Origin: Escherichia coli
GTDB taxonomy: Bacteria; Pseudomonadota; Gammaproteobacteria; Enterobacterales; Enterobacteriaceae
Length of the DNA stretch: 64,000 nt
Assembly (NCBI RefSeq): GCF_013122565.1
Contig: NZ_CP053258.1
Reading direction: 5' to 3' (one strand)
The notes under the pieces were generated by a model. It searched no databases. It had not been told where the DNA came from and was given only the letters and a program-made list of their open reading frames with translations. Positions 35,095-45,636 of this stretch are shown piece by piece. The stretch's first letter is position 1. Every line of letters begins with the position of its first letter. A program made the position numbers and the translations under genes.

Positions 35095-36546
35095 TTAAAT
35101 GACGTACAGGTCGAGATACTCATTGACCGGCATCTGTTCCAGGCGAGTTCTGTCGAGAGAAACCTCCAGAATGCGCTGCTGTTGGCGAGTCGGGAACTGG
35201 CGCGCGAGATTGATTTTGAATTTATCCACCAGTTTCGGTATACCATCCTGACGGCGGCGAGCATGACCAATTGGGTAGTCCACCACCACTTCTTCAAATC
35301 GTGTGCCGTCGGTGAACTCAAGGGTTATGGCATTGGCGATGGCACGTTTTTCCGGGTCGTGGTAGTCAGCGGTAAATGCCGGATCTTCAAAGCAATTGAT
35401 CTTCTCGCGCAGGGCATCAATGCGTTTATCTTGCGCAACGTTGTCTTCGTAATCTGCCGCCGTTAAGCGCCCGAATAACAGCGGGATCGCCACCATGTAC
35501 TGAATGCAGTGGTCGCGGTCTGCCGGGTTATTGAGCGGCCCTTTTTTGTCGATGATGCGAATACAGGCTTCGTGGGTGCGAATGGTCACTTTTTCGATAT
35601 CTGCCGCCGTTTTGCCTGCGGCCTGCATCTGTTCATAGAGCGTCATCGCCGCTTCAACTGCCGTCTGGGAGTGGAACTCCGCCGGGAAGGAGATTTTGAA
35701 CAGCACATTTTCCATGACGTAAGAACCGTACGGGCGCTGGAAGCGGAACGACTCACCTTTAAAGGAGACGTCGTAGAAGCCCCACACCGGCGCGGTCAGG
35801 GCTGACGGGTAACCCATTTCGCCCGTTTTCGCCATCAGTGCCAGACGTACCGCGCGGGAAGTGGCATCGCCCGCCGCCCAGGATTTACGCGTGCCGGTGT
35901 TCGGCGCATGGCGATAGGTGCGCAGCGACTGACCGTCCACCCACGCCAGCGAAACGGCGTTGAGAATTTCCTCGCGGGTCAGACCGAGCATTTCGGCGAC
36001 CACGGCGGTGGAAGCCACTTTCACTAACAGAACGTGGTCGAGGCCAACGCGGTTAAAGGAGTTTTCCAGCGCGATGCAGCCCTGAATTTCATGGGCTTTG
36101 ATCATTCCGGTCAGCACCTGTTTCATGGTCAACGGCGCTTTGCCGCTGGCAACCGCGTTGCGCGAAAGCCAGTCCGCCGTTGCCAGAATGCCGCCGAGGT
36201 TGTCGGAAGGATGGCCCCACTCCGCCGCCAGCCAGGTATCGTTGAAATCGAGCCAGCGGATCATCGCGCCAATGTTAAATGCCGCCTGGACGGGGTCGAG
36301 CTGGAACTGAGTTCCGGGGACGCGCACGCCGTTAGGTACGACAGTGCCGGGGACAATTGGCCCCAGCAGTTTTTTACAGGCCGGGTATTCGAGAGCTTCA
36401 AGACCGCAGCCGAGAGTGTCGAGCAGGCAGTAATGGGCGGTGTCGTAGGCTACTCTGGAGCTGATTTCGTAGTTCATCACGTAATCGACGATATCAACGA
36501 TTTCACGATCAAATTCCGGGCGGATGTTGTTGATTTGAGCTGACAT
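35095..36546 (-). CDS. prpD: 2-methylcitrate dehydratase
   Basis: 483 aa MmgE/PrpD family. Confidence 0.93.
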   Translation of the reverse strand: MSAQINNIRPEFDREIVDIVDYVMNYEISSRVAYDTAHYCLLDTLGCGLEALEYPACKKLLGPIVPGTVVPNGVRVPGTQFQLDPVQAAFNIGAMIRWLDFNDTWLAAEWGHPSDNLGGILATADWLSRNAVASGKAPLTMKQVLTGMIKAHEIQGCIALENSFNRVGLDHVLLVKVASTAVVAEMLGLTREEILNAVSLAWVDGQSLRTYRHAPNTGTRKSWAAGDATSRAVRLALMAKTGEMGYPSALTAPVWGFYDVSFKGESFRFQRPYGSYVMENVLFKISFPAEFHSQTAVEAAMTLYEQMQAAGKTAADIEKVTIRTHEACIRIIDKKGPLNNPADRDHCIQYMVAIPLLFGRLTAADYEDNVAQDKRIDALREKINCFEDPAFTADYHDPEKRAIANAITLEFTDGTRFEEVVVDYPIGHARRRQDGIPKLVDKFKINLARQFPTRQQQRILEVSLDRTRLEQMPVNEYLDLYVI

Positions 36547-36579
36547 TGGGTACGTTTCCTTATTGTTATTCGTAGAGGT

Positions 36580-37749
36580 TTACTGGCGCTTATCCAGCGC
36601 GACAAACTGGCGGTCTTCCGGTCCAACATAATTGGCGGAAGGACGGATAATTTTGTTGTCCTGACGTTGTTCAATGATGTGTGCCGCCCAGCCGGTGACG
36701 CGGGCGATAACAAACAGTGGGGTGAACATCTCGGTGGGAACGCCCATCATGTTGTAGGAAACAGCAGAGAACCAGTCGAGATTGGGGAACATCTTTTTAC
36801 TCTCCCACATCACCGTTTCCAGGCGATCGGCGATGTTGTACATCTTCAGCGAACCGCCTTCCTGCGAGAGCTGCTTCGCCACGCGTTTGATCACCTGATG
36901 ACGCGGGTCGGCGATGGTGTAAACCGGATGACCAAAACCAATGACCACTTCTTTGTTTTCCACGCGCTTGCGGATATCTGCTTCGGCTTCGTCCGGCGTT
37001 TCGTAGCGTTGTTGGATCTCCAGCGACACTTCATTCGCCCCGCCGTGTTTCGGCCCGCGCAGTGCGCCAATCGCGCCAATAATCGCGGAATACATATCAG
37101 AGCCAGTGCCCGCAATCACCCGACTGGTAAAGGTGGAAGCGTTAAACTCGTGTTCGGCGTACAGCACCAGCGAAATATGCATCGCCTTTTCCCAGCTTTG
37201 CGACGGCTTTTCGCCATGCAGCAGATGCAGGAAGTGACCGCCGATGGAGTCGTCATCGGTTTCCGGCTGGATACGTTCGCCGTTATGGCTGTAGTGATAC
37301 CAATAAAGGAGAATCGAGCTAAGTGATGCCAGCAGTTTGTCGGCAATATCCCGCGCGCCAGAGACGGTATGTCCCTCTTTTTCTGGCAGCGTGCAGCCGA
37401 GCGCGGAAACGCCGGTGCGCATAACATCCATCGGGTGCGACGCCGCCGGTAAGGCTTCCAGCACGGTACGCACGTTAGCCGGTAAACCGCGCAGGGCTTT
37501 CAGTTTCGTTTTGTAGGCGGCGAGTTCGTCACGGGTCGGCAGTTTGCCGTGGATCAGCAGATGCGCCACTTCTTCAAATTCGCAATGTTCCGCCAGATCA
37601 AGAATGTCGTAGCCGCGGTAATGCAAGTCATTGCCGCTTTTACCCACGGTGCAGAGCGCCGTATTGCCCGCCGGAACGCCGGAAAGTGCTACCGATTTTT
37701 TCGGTTTAATGACATGGGTACTGTTTTGCAGGATCGTTGTGTCGCTCAT
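36580..37749 (-). CDS. prpC: 2-methylcitrate synthase
   Basis: 389 aa from [33 protein letters not shown]; citrate synthase family; track ORF extends upstream through REP sequence. Confidence 0.9.
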   Translation of the reverse strand: MSDTTILQNSTHVIKPKKSVALSGVPAGNTALCTVGKSGNDLHYRGYDILDLAEHCEFEEVAHLLIHGKLPTRDELAAYKTKLKALRGLPANVRTVLEALPAASHPMDVMRTGVSALGCTLPEKEGHTVSGARDIADKLLASLSSILLYWYHYSHNGERIQPETDDDSIGGHFLHLLHGEKPSQSWEKAMHISLVLYAEHEFNASTFTSRVIAGTGSDMYSAIIGAIGALRGPKHGGANEVSLEIQQRYETPDEAEADIRKRVENKEVVIGFGHPVYTIADPRHQVIKRVAKQLSQEGGSLKMYNIADRLETVMWESKKMFPNLDWFSAVSYNMMGVPTEMFTPLFVIARVTGWAAHIIEQRQDNKIIRPSANYVGPEDRQFVALDKRQ

Positions 37750-37789
37750 GTTGTCCTCGTCATTGTTATCATTTGTAGGGTCGAGATTG

Positions 37790-37885
37790 TTGTCGGATGC
37801 GACGCTATGCGTCTTATCCGACAGTTCAGTGCATCCCGTAGGCCTGATAAGTCGCGTCAGCGGCGCATCAGGCATCGGTTATCGA
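37790..37885. repeat. REP/BIME cluster in prpB-prpC spacer
   Basis: gtcggatgcgacgctatgcgtcttatccgac ... gcctgataagtcgcgtcagcggcgcatcaggc palindromic units. Confidence 0.8.
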
Positions 37886-37906
37886 ATACAACCAACGGGC
37901 GTTTTT

Positions 37907-38797
37907 TTATTTCGCCTGGCTACGGGCAAACAGGTCGTCGAGCTTCTCTTCGTACTGGTAGTAGTTGATGCTTTCGTACAGCTCGTTGCGGGTTTGCATG
38001 GTGTCGATGACACTTTTCTGCGTGCCTTCCTGACGCAGGACGTTGTAGACATGTTCAGCGGCGCGGTTCATGGCACGGAACGCTGAAAGCGGGTACAGCG
38101 CCATTGCGACATGGGCGCTGCGTAATTCGTCGGTGGTAAACAGCGGTGTTGCGCCAAATTCGGTAATATTGGCGAGGATCGGCACCTGCACCGCATCGGC
38201 AAACTGGCGGTACATGGCGAGTTCGGTAATTGCTTCCGGGAACAACATCTCGGCACCCGCTTCAACATAGGCCTGCGCACGCTCAATCGCCGCATCCAGT
38301 CCTTCAACCGCCAGCGCATCGGTGCGCGCCATGATCACAAAATCAGGATCGGTTTTCGCATCCACCGCCGCACGGATCCGATCCACCATTTCCTCTTTCG
38401 AGACGATCGCTTTGTTCGGACGATGACCGCAGCGTTTCGCGCCAACCTGATCTTCAATATGCAATCCTGCCGCACCGGCTTTAATCATCGATTTCACGGT
38501 ACGCGCCACGTTAAAGGCCGAAGAACCAAAACCGATATCCGCATCCACCAGCAGCGGCAGCGAACAAACGTCGGTGATACGGCGAATATCAGTCAGCACA
38601 TCATCAAGAGTAGAAATACCGAGATCGGGCAGCCCCAGCGACCCTGCCGCCACGCCACCGCCGGAAAGATAAATTGCCTGATATCCGGCACGCTGCGCCA
38701 ACAGCGCATGGTTGGCGTTAATGGTGCCAACAATCTGCAATGGATTTTCTTTAGTCAGTGCAGCGCGAAACGCTTTACCTGGAGAGTGTAGAGACAT
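37907..38797 (-). CDS. prpB: 2-methylisocitrate lyase
   Basis: 296 aa PEP-mutase/isocitrate lyase superfamily. Confidence 0.93.
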   Translation of the reverse strand: MSLHSPGKAFRAALTKENPLQIVGTINANHALLAQRAGYQAIYLSGGGVAAGSLGLPDLGISTLDDVLTDIRRITDVCSLPLLVDADIGFGSSAFNVARTVKSMIKAGAAGLHIEDQVGAKRCGHRPNKAIVSKEEMVDRIRAAVDAKTDPDFVIMARTDALAVEGLDAAIERAQAYVEAGAEMLFPEAITELAMYRQFADAVQVPILANITEFGATPLFTTDELRSAHVAMALYPLSAFRAMNRAAEHVYNVLRQEGTQKSVIDTMQTRNELYESINYYQYEEKLDDLFARSQAK

Positions 38798-38844
38798 AGC
38801 CCATCCTTTGTTATCAACTTGTTATTTTCGTTGATAAAGACAAA

Positions 38845-38859
38845 GCAAGGGGTGTGCCA
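38845..38859 (-). promoter_or_regulatory. Sigma54 (-24/-12) promoter of prpBCDE
   Basis: Minus-strand TGGCACaccccTTGC matches the TGGCAC-N5-TTGC consensus about 50 bp upstream of prpB; adjacent prpR encodes a sigma54 enhancer-binding protein. Confidence 0.7.
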
Positions 38860-39035
38860 CAATTGCCTTAATAAAATTAAATCTTTAATTTCAATTTGTT
38901 AGAGATAAAGTCATGAACTAATCCGCAAATATGCGTTTCAGTTAACGTTTCAGGCAATGTTTCACCGCGTTTCATTGCAACAATTATGAAACAAGACTAA
39001 ACCCAATATTCGGTTTCTTAACTTTGCGGTGCGCT

Positions 39036-40622
39036 ATGGCACATCCACCACGGCTTAATGACGACAAACCGGTTATCTGGACGGTATCTGTAACGCGCCT
39101 GTTCGAGCTGTTTCGCGATATCAGCCTCGAGTTTGATCACCTGGCGAACATTACCCCTATTCAGCTTGGCTTTGAAAAAGCAGTGACCTATATCCGCAAG
39201 AAACTGGCAAACGAACGCTGCGACGCCATCATCGCTGCTGGCTCTAACGGCGCGTACCTGAAAAGCCGCCTGTCAGTGCCAGTTATTTTGATTAAACCGA
39301 GCGGCTACGATGTGTTACAGGCACTGGCAAAAGCCGGAAAGCTCACCTCTTCTATCGGCGTTGTCACTTATCAGGAAACTATTCCGGCACTGGTGGCGTT
39401 TCAAAAAACCTTTAACTTGCGCCTCGATCAACGTAGCTACATTACCGAGGAAGACGCACGCGGGCAGATTAACGAGCTGAAAGCTAACGGCACCGAAGCG
39501 GTGGTCGGCGCGGGGCTGATTACCGATCTGGCAGAAGAAGCCGGAATGACCGGAATTTTTATCTATTCCGCCGCCACCGTGCGCCAGGCATTCAGCGATG
39601 CGCTGGATATGACGCGCATGTCGTTACGCCATAACACTCACGATGCCACCCGCAACGCCCTGCGTACTCGTTACGTGCTGGGCGATATGCTCGGTCAATC
39701 ACCACAGATGGAACAGGTGCGGCAGACTATTTTGCTGTATGCCCGCTCCAGTGCAGCGGTGTTGATTGAGGGGGAAACGGGGACGGGCAAAGAGCTGGCG
39801 GCCCAGGCGATTCATCGGGAATATTTTGCCCGCCACGATGCGCGACAGGGCAAAAAGTCGCATCCGTTTGTTGCCGTCAACTGCGGGGCGATTGCCGAAT
39901 CGCTGCTGGAAGCAGAGCTGTTTGGCTATGAGGAAGGGGCGTTCACCGGCTCGCGACGCGGAGGTCGCGCCGGGCTGTTCGAAATTGCCCACGGCGGTAC
40001 GCTGTTTCTGGATGAGATTGGCGAAATGCCGCTACCTTTGCAGACTCGCCTGTTACGGGTGCTGGAAGAAAAAGAGGTCACCCGCGTCGGCGGGCATCAG
40101 CCTGTTCCGGTAGATGTACGGGTCATTAGCGCCACTCACTGCAATCTGGAAGAAGATATGCAGCAAGGACGTTTTCGCCGTGATCTGTTTTATCGGCTGA
40201 GTATTTTGCGTCTGCAATTGCCACCACTCCGCGAGCGGGTGGCGGATATTCTGCCGCTGGCGGAAAGCTTTTTGAAAGTGTCTCTGGCGGCGCTCTCCGC
40301 CCCGTTTTCTGCCGCATTACGCCAGGGATTACAGGCAAGCGAAACCGTGCTGATGCACTACGACTGGCCGGGCAATATTCGTGAACTGCGCAATATGATG
40401 GAGCGACTGGCGCTGTTTTTAAGTGTGGAACCGACGCCGGATTTAACGCCGCAATTTTTGCAATTGCTACTGCCGGAACTGGCGCGCGAGTCGGCGAAAA
40501 TTCCCGCTCCACGCTTACTGACACCACAACAGGCACTGGAGAAATTTAATGGCGATAAAACAGCAGCGGCGAATTATTTAGGTATCAGCCGGACGACGTT
40601 CTGGCGGCGGCTGAAAAGCTGA
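39036..40622 (+). CDS. prpR: Sigma54-dependent activator of the prp operon
   Basis: 528 aa from [15 protein letters not shown]; AAA+ GETGTGKE Walker A and GAFTGS motif; C-terminal HTH. Confidence 0.92.
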   Translation: MAHPPRLNDDKPVIWTVSVTRLFELFRDISLEFDHLANITPIQLGFEKAVTYIRKKLANERCDAIIAAGSNGAYLKSRLSVPVILIKPSGYDVLQALAKAGKLTSSIGVVTYQETIPALVAFQKTFNLRLDQRSYITEEDARGQINELKANGTEAVVGAGLITDLAEEAGMTGIFIYSAATVRQAFSDALDMTRMSLRHNTHDATRNALRTRYVLGDMLGQSPQMEQVRQTILLYARSSAAVLIEGETGTGKELAAQAIHREYFARHDARQGKKSHPFVAVNCGAIAESLLEAELFGYEEGAFTGSRRGGRAGLFEIAHGGTLFLDEIGEMPLPLQTRLLRVLEEKEVTRVGGHQPVPVDVRVISATHCNLEEDMQQGRFRRDLFYRLSILRLQLPPLRERVADILPLAESFLKVSLAALSAPFSAALRQGLQASETVLMHYDWPGNIRELRNMMERLALFLSVEPTPDLTPQFLQLLLPELARESAKIPAPRLLTPQQALEKFNGDKTAAANYLGISRTTFWRRLKS

Positions 40623-40660
40623 ACTGCCGAATGCAGCGCGAACGCTTTATCCGGCATAAA
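40623..40660. repeat. REP-like palindromic unit between prpR and yahO
   Basis: gccgaatgcagcgcgaacgctttatccggca resembles REP consensus. Confidence 0.4.
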
Positions 40661-40722
40661 TTTCAATAGATGATGATCGCCGATAAACTTACGCATCGGG
40701 CATGTTTATATAGGGTTCAGAA

Positions 40723-40998
40723 TTACTTCTTCTTATAAATATCCGCCGTGCCGTGGATCTTATTGTCAGTTTGACCAGAGGTCAGCACCAACACATCAGC
40801 CCCTTTTTCATCGGCTTTTTTGATTAAATCTTCTTTTGCATCTGCAGTCGACATTTCATTACTGGTTGAAATATCACCTATTTTTTCATACTGCGATGCA
40901 ACTTTTTCAAATTCCGCTTTGGTCATCAATTCAGCGGCATAGACATTGGCAACGGCAAACGCTAACGCACCGACTAACATTTTAGAGATTATTTTCAT
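40723..40998 (-). CDS. yahO: Periplasmic DUF1471-family small protein
   Basis: 91 aa with N-terminal signal peptide [21 protein letters not shown]. Confidence 0.85.
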   Translation of the reverse strand: MKIISKMLVGALAFAVANVYAAELMTKAEFEKVASQYEKIGDISTSNEMSTADAKEDLIKKADEKGADVLVLTSGQTDNKIHGTADIYKKK

Positions 40999-41144
40999 AT
41001 TACGGCTCCAGAGTTGTTATCACACTATCACCCACCCACATTATTGGGTTGATTAATAATTAGTTCAGTCAGGGCATAAACGCCAGTAACCGGAAATAAG
41101 ACACTTTGTGATCTCTCTCGCACCCGATTAGTTTTGGTAGAAAT

Positions 41145-41816
41145 ATGATGAAGTTAGTTCACTTATTTATGGATGAAATCACTATGGATCCTTTGCACGC
41201 CGTTTACCTGACCGTAGGACTGTTCGTGATTACTTTTTTTAATCCGGGAGCCAATCTCTTTGTGGTAGTACAAACCAGCCTGGCTTCCGGTCGACGCGCA
41301 GGGGTGCTGACCGGGCTGGGCGTGGCGCTGGGCGATGCATTTTATTCCGGGTTGGGTTTGTTTGGTCTTGCAACACTAATTACGCAGTGTGAGGAGATTT
41401 TTTCGCTTATCAGAATCGTCGGCGGCGCTTATCTCTTATGGTTTGCGTGGTGCAGCATGCGCCGCCAGTCAACACCGCAAATGAGCACACTACAACAACC
41501 GATTAACGCACCCTGGTATGTCTTTTTTCGCCGCGGATTAATTACCGATCTCTCTAACCCGCAAACCGTTTTATTTTTTATCAGTATTTTCTCAGTAACA
41601 TTAAATGCCGAAACACCAACATGGGCTCGTTTAATGGCCTGGGCGGGGATTGTGCTCGCATCAATTATCTGGCGAGTCTTTCTTAGTCAGGCGTTTTCTT
41701 TGCCCGCTGTGCGTCGTGCTTATGGGCGTATGCAACGCGTTGCCAGTCGGGTTATTGGTGCAATTATTGGTGTATTCGCGCTACGCCTGATTTACGAAGG
41801 GGTGACCCAGCGGTGA
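41145..41816 (+). CDS. yahN: LysE/RhtB-family amino-acid exporter
   Basis: 223 aa, 6-TM LysE-type membrane protein. Confidence 0.85.
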   Translation: MMKLVHLFMDEITMDPLHAVYLTVGLFVITFFNPGANLFVVVQTSLASGRRAGVLTGLGVALGDAFYSGLGLFGLATLITQCEEIFSLIRIVGGAYLLWFAWCSMRRQSTPQMSTLQQPINAPWYVFFRRGLITDLSNPQTVLFFISIFSVTLNAETPTWARLMAWAGIVLASIIWRVFLSQAFSLPAVRRAYGRMQRVASRVIGAIIGVFALRLIYEGVTQR

Positions 41817-41832
41817 GCAGATAATTTACTCT

Positions 41833-42078
41833 CTACGTAATCAACCTGATTTGCCGAATCCCGACCATCGGCGATGATAGCCCCCGTAATGCGTGGTCCT
41901 TATTTCCGATAAGTTTACTTGAGTCTTTAGCTTCCCATTTCAGCCCACTCTCCCCTGTGTGGGCTTTTTTCATTGGTCTGACCCGTCCTGAATAGCCAAA
42001 CAATGGCAATGTTCCACTTTGCAGGGATGATAATAAGGGGATCTGATTCAGAAGAGTTTTGAAAAGTTGGACCGCCAT
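41833..42078 (-). CDS. yahM: Small uncharacterized ORF at the K-12 yahM position
   Basis: 81-aa ORF from MAVQLFKTLLNQ; assigned only by length and synteny; contains a hairpin plus T-run on the opposite strand, so coding status uncertain. Confidence 0.35.
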   Translation of the reverse strand: MAVQLFKTLLNQIPLLSSLQSGTLPLFGYSGRVRPMKKAHTGESGLKWEAKDSSKLIGNKDHALRGLSSPMVGIRQIRLIT

Positions 42079-42490
42079 CGAGGCCTCGAACCCCGTACCA
42101 TACAACAATCCTGGTTGTCGTCTGCTCTTCCTGATGAGCTAATGGCGGTTTTTGATATGAGCCTTACAGCATATTTTCTGTCAGGCTTGAGTGCGATGCG
42201 TAAGATACAGAAAAGACCCCACACAAACATGATGGAATTATGATTTTTTTCATATGAATGTCAACCCACACATTCACAAAACATCTGCATAAGATCATTT
42301 TTTATACCCCGCATGGCTGCGAAACCACTGCTGGTGCTTTTTTAAGCGAATTGTCGCCGATCACAACAAAATATCGGCGAAAAAAGAGATGGAATGCCAG
42401 TTAGCATACAGATATACAGATGAAATGATTACCTGCATTGCGATTCACTCTCTGGTGGAATAACAACTTGCAGGTGGAACCCTTTCTGAA

Positions 42491-43306
42491 CTAAAGAGTG
42501 TAGCGGATTTTAACGTGCTTATTTACAGGATAATATCTGTCACCTAATTCCTGCACTCTATTAGATATCCATTCATTTAATCGTGCGTCATCTCTGTATG
42601 TTTTTACGTCCAGAACAGAGAGCAATAACATCACCAGTGATTCAGGAAAAACAGGGTAGATATTTTTTAAGTGTAATAATAATCCATGCGCAAGCGCCTG
42701 CTTAATGGGCGCGTCTGTCTCCGGAATAGACGACATTTCGCGAAGCCATTTTTCCACATGCATACACTCTTTCCCTTTAGGGAAAAGTCTCAGCAAAGGC
42801 ATATGGTGTTCAAGAAGAATACATTTGCAATCTGTTCGCACTGAATCGATAAACTGCACTAATTTCTTAAGCCCGGTAAAGCGTCCAGCCTGCACGTTTG
42901 CTTTAATATCAAGAAACGCATCATCCTGGTCATATACCCAAACTGTCCCTTTTTGATTTTCAAGTATGCGAAAAACAAACTTAACCGGGTGATCAGGGTA
43001 ATCCATCCAGTCATAAAATCCAGGGAAATCATTAAACTGCACATTTATGGTGAGTGCGTTATCGTCTGACCACTCACAGTCTCGTACGGCAGCCATGAGA
43101 TGAATGAGTTTGTCGTCATCGACTAAATCATCACGACAATCATAAGGATAATCATAATATTGTTTAATCAAAACCTTGAATATATCGACACAGGAAACCA
43201 GGGAGCTTTTGATATCCTCTGGTAACTGATTGTTTTTAACCGTATTAAGTATGCTTTGTTGCGTGTATGGCATCAAATTATTGTGCGGAGCTTTTAATGA
43301 TATCAT
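42491..43306 (-). CDS. yahL: Uncharacterized protein YahL
   Basis: 271 aa, AT-rich gene with no recognisable domain; K-12 synteny and length match. Confidence 0.75.
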   Translation of the reverse strand: MISLKAPHNNLMPYTQQSILNTVKNNQLPEDIKSSLVSCVDIFKVLIKQYYDYPYDCRDDLVDDDKLIHLMAAVRDCEWSDDNALTINVQFNDFPGFYDWMDYPDHPVKFVFRILENQKGTVWVYDQDDAFLDIKANVQAGRFTGLKKLVQFIDSVRTDCKCILLEHHMPLLRLFPKGKECMHVEKWLREMSSIPETDAPIKQALAHGLLLHLKNIYPVFPESLVMLLLSVLDVKTYRDDARLNEWISNRVQELGDRYYPVNKHVKIRYTL

Positions 43307-43475
43307 CGCGATCTCTCTTAAATAAAAATAAACGTCGCAGATAATAAAGCTCTGATTAAACCAGGCACTATCAGAAATCGCTCATAACTAACGTATGAAG
43401 TATTGTGTACTGGAGGGAGTTAATTTAACAATTTGAATTTACGTTATAGGTTTTACCACTACTTTGATATTATTT

Positions 43476-43509
43476 CGCTCTCCTTAACTAAAAAGTTAAG
43501 TGGAGAGCG
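43476..43509. other. Long hairpin (cgctctccttaact aaaa agttaagtggagagcg) downstream of yahK
   Basis: 14-bp stem with one mismatch in AT-rich spacer between yahK stop and yahL start. Confidence 0.4.
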
Positions 43510-43548
43510 AAGTTAATATGTTAAACCACCGGGTATTTATTAATTTTT

Positions 43549-44598
43549 TCAGTCTGTTAGTGTGCGATTATCGATAACAAAACGATATTTCACATCACCA
43601 CGCAGCATTCGCTCATAGGCTTCATTAATTTGATCGGCCCGAATCATCTCTATATCAGCCACGATGCCATGTTCGGCGCAAAAATCGAGCATCTCCTGTG
43701 TTTCTGGAATGCCGCCAATCATAGAACCGGCTATCGCACGGCGTTTCATGATCAGGTTGAAAACTTCCGGCGATTTATGCGGTGTCGCAGGCGCACCAAC
43801 CAGCGTCATGGTGCCATCGCGCTTCAGCAAGGTGGTAAAATCGTCGAGATTATGTGGCGCAGCTACTGTATTCAAAATGAAATCGAAACTCTTCAGATGA
43901 GCCGCCATCTCATCGGCATTGCGTGAGTTAACAACTTCATCGGCCCCCAGGGCTTTTACCGCTTCGCGTTTTGACTCAGAAGTGGTAAATGCCACCACAT
44001 GTGCCCCCATCGCGTGGGCCAGCTTAATCCCCATATGTCCCAGACCGCCGATGCCGACCACGCCCACTTTTTTACCCGGCCCGGCCTGCCAGTGACGTAG
44101 CGGCGAATACGTGGTGATCCCTGCACACAACAAAGGAGCCACCGCCGCCAGCTGCTCTTGCGGGTGACGAATACGCAGAACATATCGCTCATGTACGACG
44201 ATCTGTTGTGAGTAGCCGCCCAGAGTATGGCCCGGTTCGTCCGGCGTCGGCGAGTTATAGGTGCCGGTCATGTGATCACAGTAGTTTTCCAGCCCGTCTT
44301 CACACTCTTCGCAATGTTTACAACTGTCGACAATGCAGCCGACACCGACCAGATCGCCCGGCGCATGTTTTTCAACCTGATCACCAACGGCTACCACACG
44401 CCCCACAATTTCATGACCCGGTACGCAGGGGTAAACCGTCCCCGCCCACTCGGAACGGACCTGGTGGAGATCGGAATGGCAGACGCCACAGTAAGCGATT
44501 TCGATTTTGACATCATGCGGTCCCGGTTCACGCCGGGTGATATCCATCGGTTCAAGTGGTTGTTTAGCGGAATATGCACCAATAGCCTTGATATTCAT
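43549..44598 (-). CDS. yahK: Zn-dependent NADPH aldehyde reductase (cinnamyl-alcohol dehydrogenase-like)
   Basis: 349 aa from MNIKAIGAYSAKQPLEPMD; GHE..G and CxxC..C zinc motifs; GxGxxG. Confidence 0.9.
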   Translation of the reverse strand: MNIKAIGAYSAKQPLEPMDITRREPGPHDVKIEIAYCGVCHSDLHQVRSEWAGTVYPCVPGHEIVGRVVAVGDQVEKHAPGDLVGVGCIVDSCKHCEECEDGLENYCDHMTGTYNSPTPDEPGHTLGGYSQQIVVHERYVLRIRHPQEQLAAVAPLLCAGITTYSPLRHWQAGPGKKVGVVGIGGLGHMGIKLAHAMGAHVVAFTTSESKREAVKALGADEVVNSRNADEMAAHLKSFDFILNTVAAPHNLDDFTTLLKRDGTMTLVGAPATPHKSPEVFNLIMKRRAIAGSMIGGIPETQEMLDFCAEHGIVADIEMIRADQINEAYERMLRGDVKYRFVIDNRTLTD

Positions 44599-44869
44599 TG
44601 CATTCACTCCTGTTCGAAGAGGTATCTGGATGATGTGAGGAACGTCTTTGCAGCAAAACTCGCTCATTCAATATAGCCAATGAATGGTTGCCCGTGATGG
44701 GCTCTGAGACGTCGATACCGGAGAGTTTAATGACCAATAGTGGTGTCGTTTTTCGTGGCAGATCACACTTTCTGGCACCAGCGATATCCCTTTTCCACCT
44801 TAAAACCGGGGCGATATCGTGACTGGCGAATTAGACTGGCGTGAAATTCAATTATTACGCACACGCCGT

Positions 44870-45517
44870 TTACCCCGCAAAAGAAACACGCAATAACTTT
44901 AACTGCCCGTTAATAATGCCAAATTCCAGTATAGTTGTGCCATCACAAACAGCCGGTGGAATTTGTTCATTAGCCTGCGAGCCAATATTCAGCGTAATGC
45001 CATCGTCAGAAATATTCCCCGACATCGCCAGTTCACATATTCCCGTGACGTAGTGGCGCTCCCCTTTCTCTTCGTAATAGAAACGTCCATCATTGAGGGG
45101 ATAATATTTTCTTTTTTGCTCCGCTGGCGTCAGCGAATGACTGAGATAATCATCAATCCATTGGGTACCCGGATGTATCGTGAATTTTGTGACATTATGC
45201 AGACGCCGCATAATGGTTTCTGAATGGCGATCAAATAGTGCTTCTGTGAAGGGTTCAGATTCAGGAAACTCAATCTCAGCGAGAAAGCCGAAATAGGTAT
45301 CGTAGGGGAATTTTAAGAAGGTTTTTAGTTTCGTGGCATTCTTTGCACTCAGCGCTTGCTGAAACTTTTGCAATTGCGTTAAGGCATCTTTTTTCTGCTC
45401 TGGCGTGACCAGGGGCTGTATGCGCACCGCCTCGCATTCGTGTTGTGAATTTCCAGCAGGGCAAGTTGCCAGGACGGCCTGACTCAGAAACAACAGCGAT
45501 AACCAAAGAAATCTCAC
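44870..45517 (-). CDS. Hypothetical secreted protein (signal peptide, four Cys), no recognisable domain
   Basis: 215-aa ORF starting MRFLWLSLLFLSQAVLATCPAG (signal-peptide-like); AT-rich codon usage distinct from flanking yahK and yahJ. Confidence 0.55.
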   Translation of the reverse strand: MRFLWLSLLFLSQAVLATCPAGNSQHECEAVRIQPLVTPEQKKDALTQLQKFQQALSAKNATKLKTFLKFPYDTYFGFLAEIEFPESEPFTEALFDRHSETIMRRLHNVTKFTIHPGTQWIDDYLSHSLTPAEQKRKYYPLNDGRFYYEEKGERHYVTGICELAMSGNISDDGITLNIGSQANEQIPPAVCDGTTILEFGIINGQLKLLRVSFAG

Positions 45518-45636
45518 GGAGTCTATCCATCCCTGGATAAAAAAGATAATCCGCAGTGTACGTCATGGGCAAAACGCAGAGGATATCGGGTTTTAAAATC
45601 GGAATAGTGCCTGCCCGGATATCCTCGCTGATAACG

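Noticed and set aside
36580-37875. Longer 431-aa version of prpC (and similar N-terminal extensions of mhpT, mhpC, mhpR, cynX, cynR, yahI, yahK, yahB, yaiL, frmR)
   Set aside because: The extensions run through REP elements or promoter regions, and the products start at an internal Met with a proper SD matching expected protein lengths.
41940-41970. Plus-strand hairpin plus T-run (cccacactctcccctgtgtgggctttttt) as a terminator for yahN
   Set aside because: It lies about 125 bp after yahN and inside the putative yahM ORF on the other strand; assignment is ambiguous, so it is only noted under the low-confidence yahM feature.
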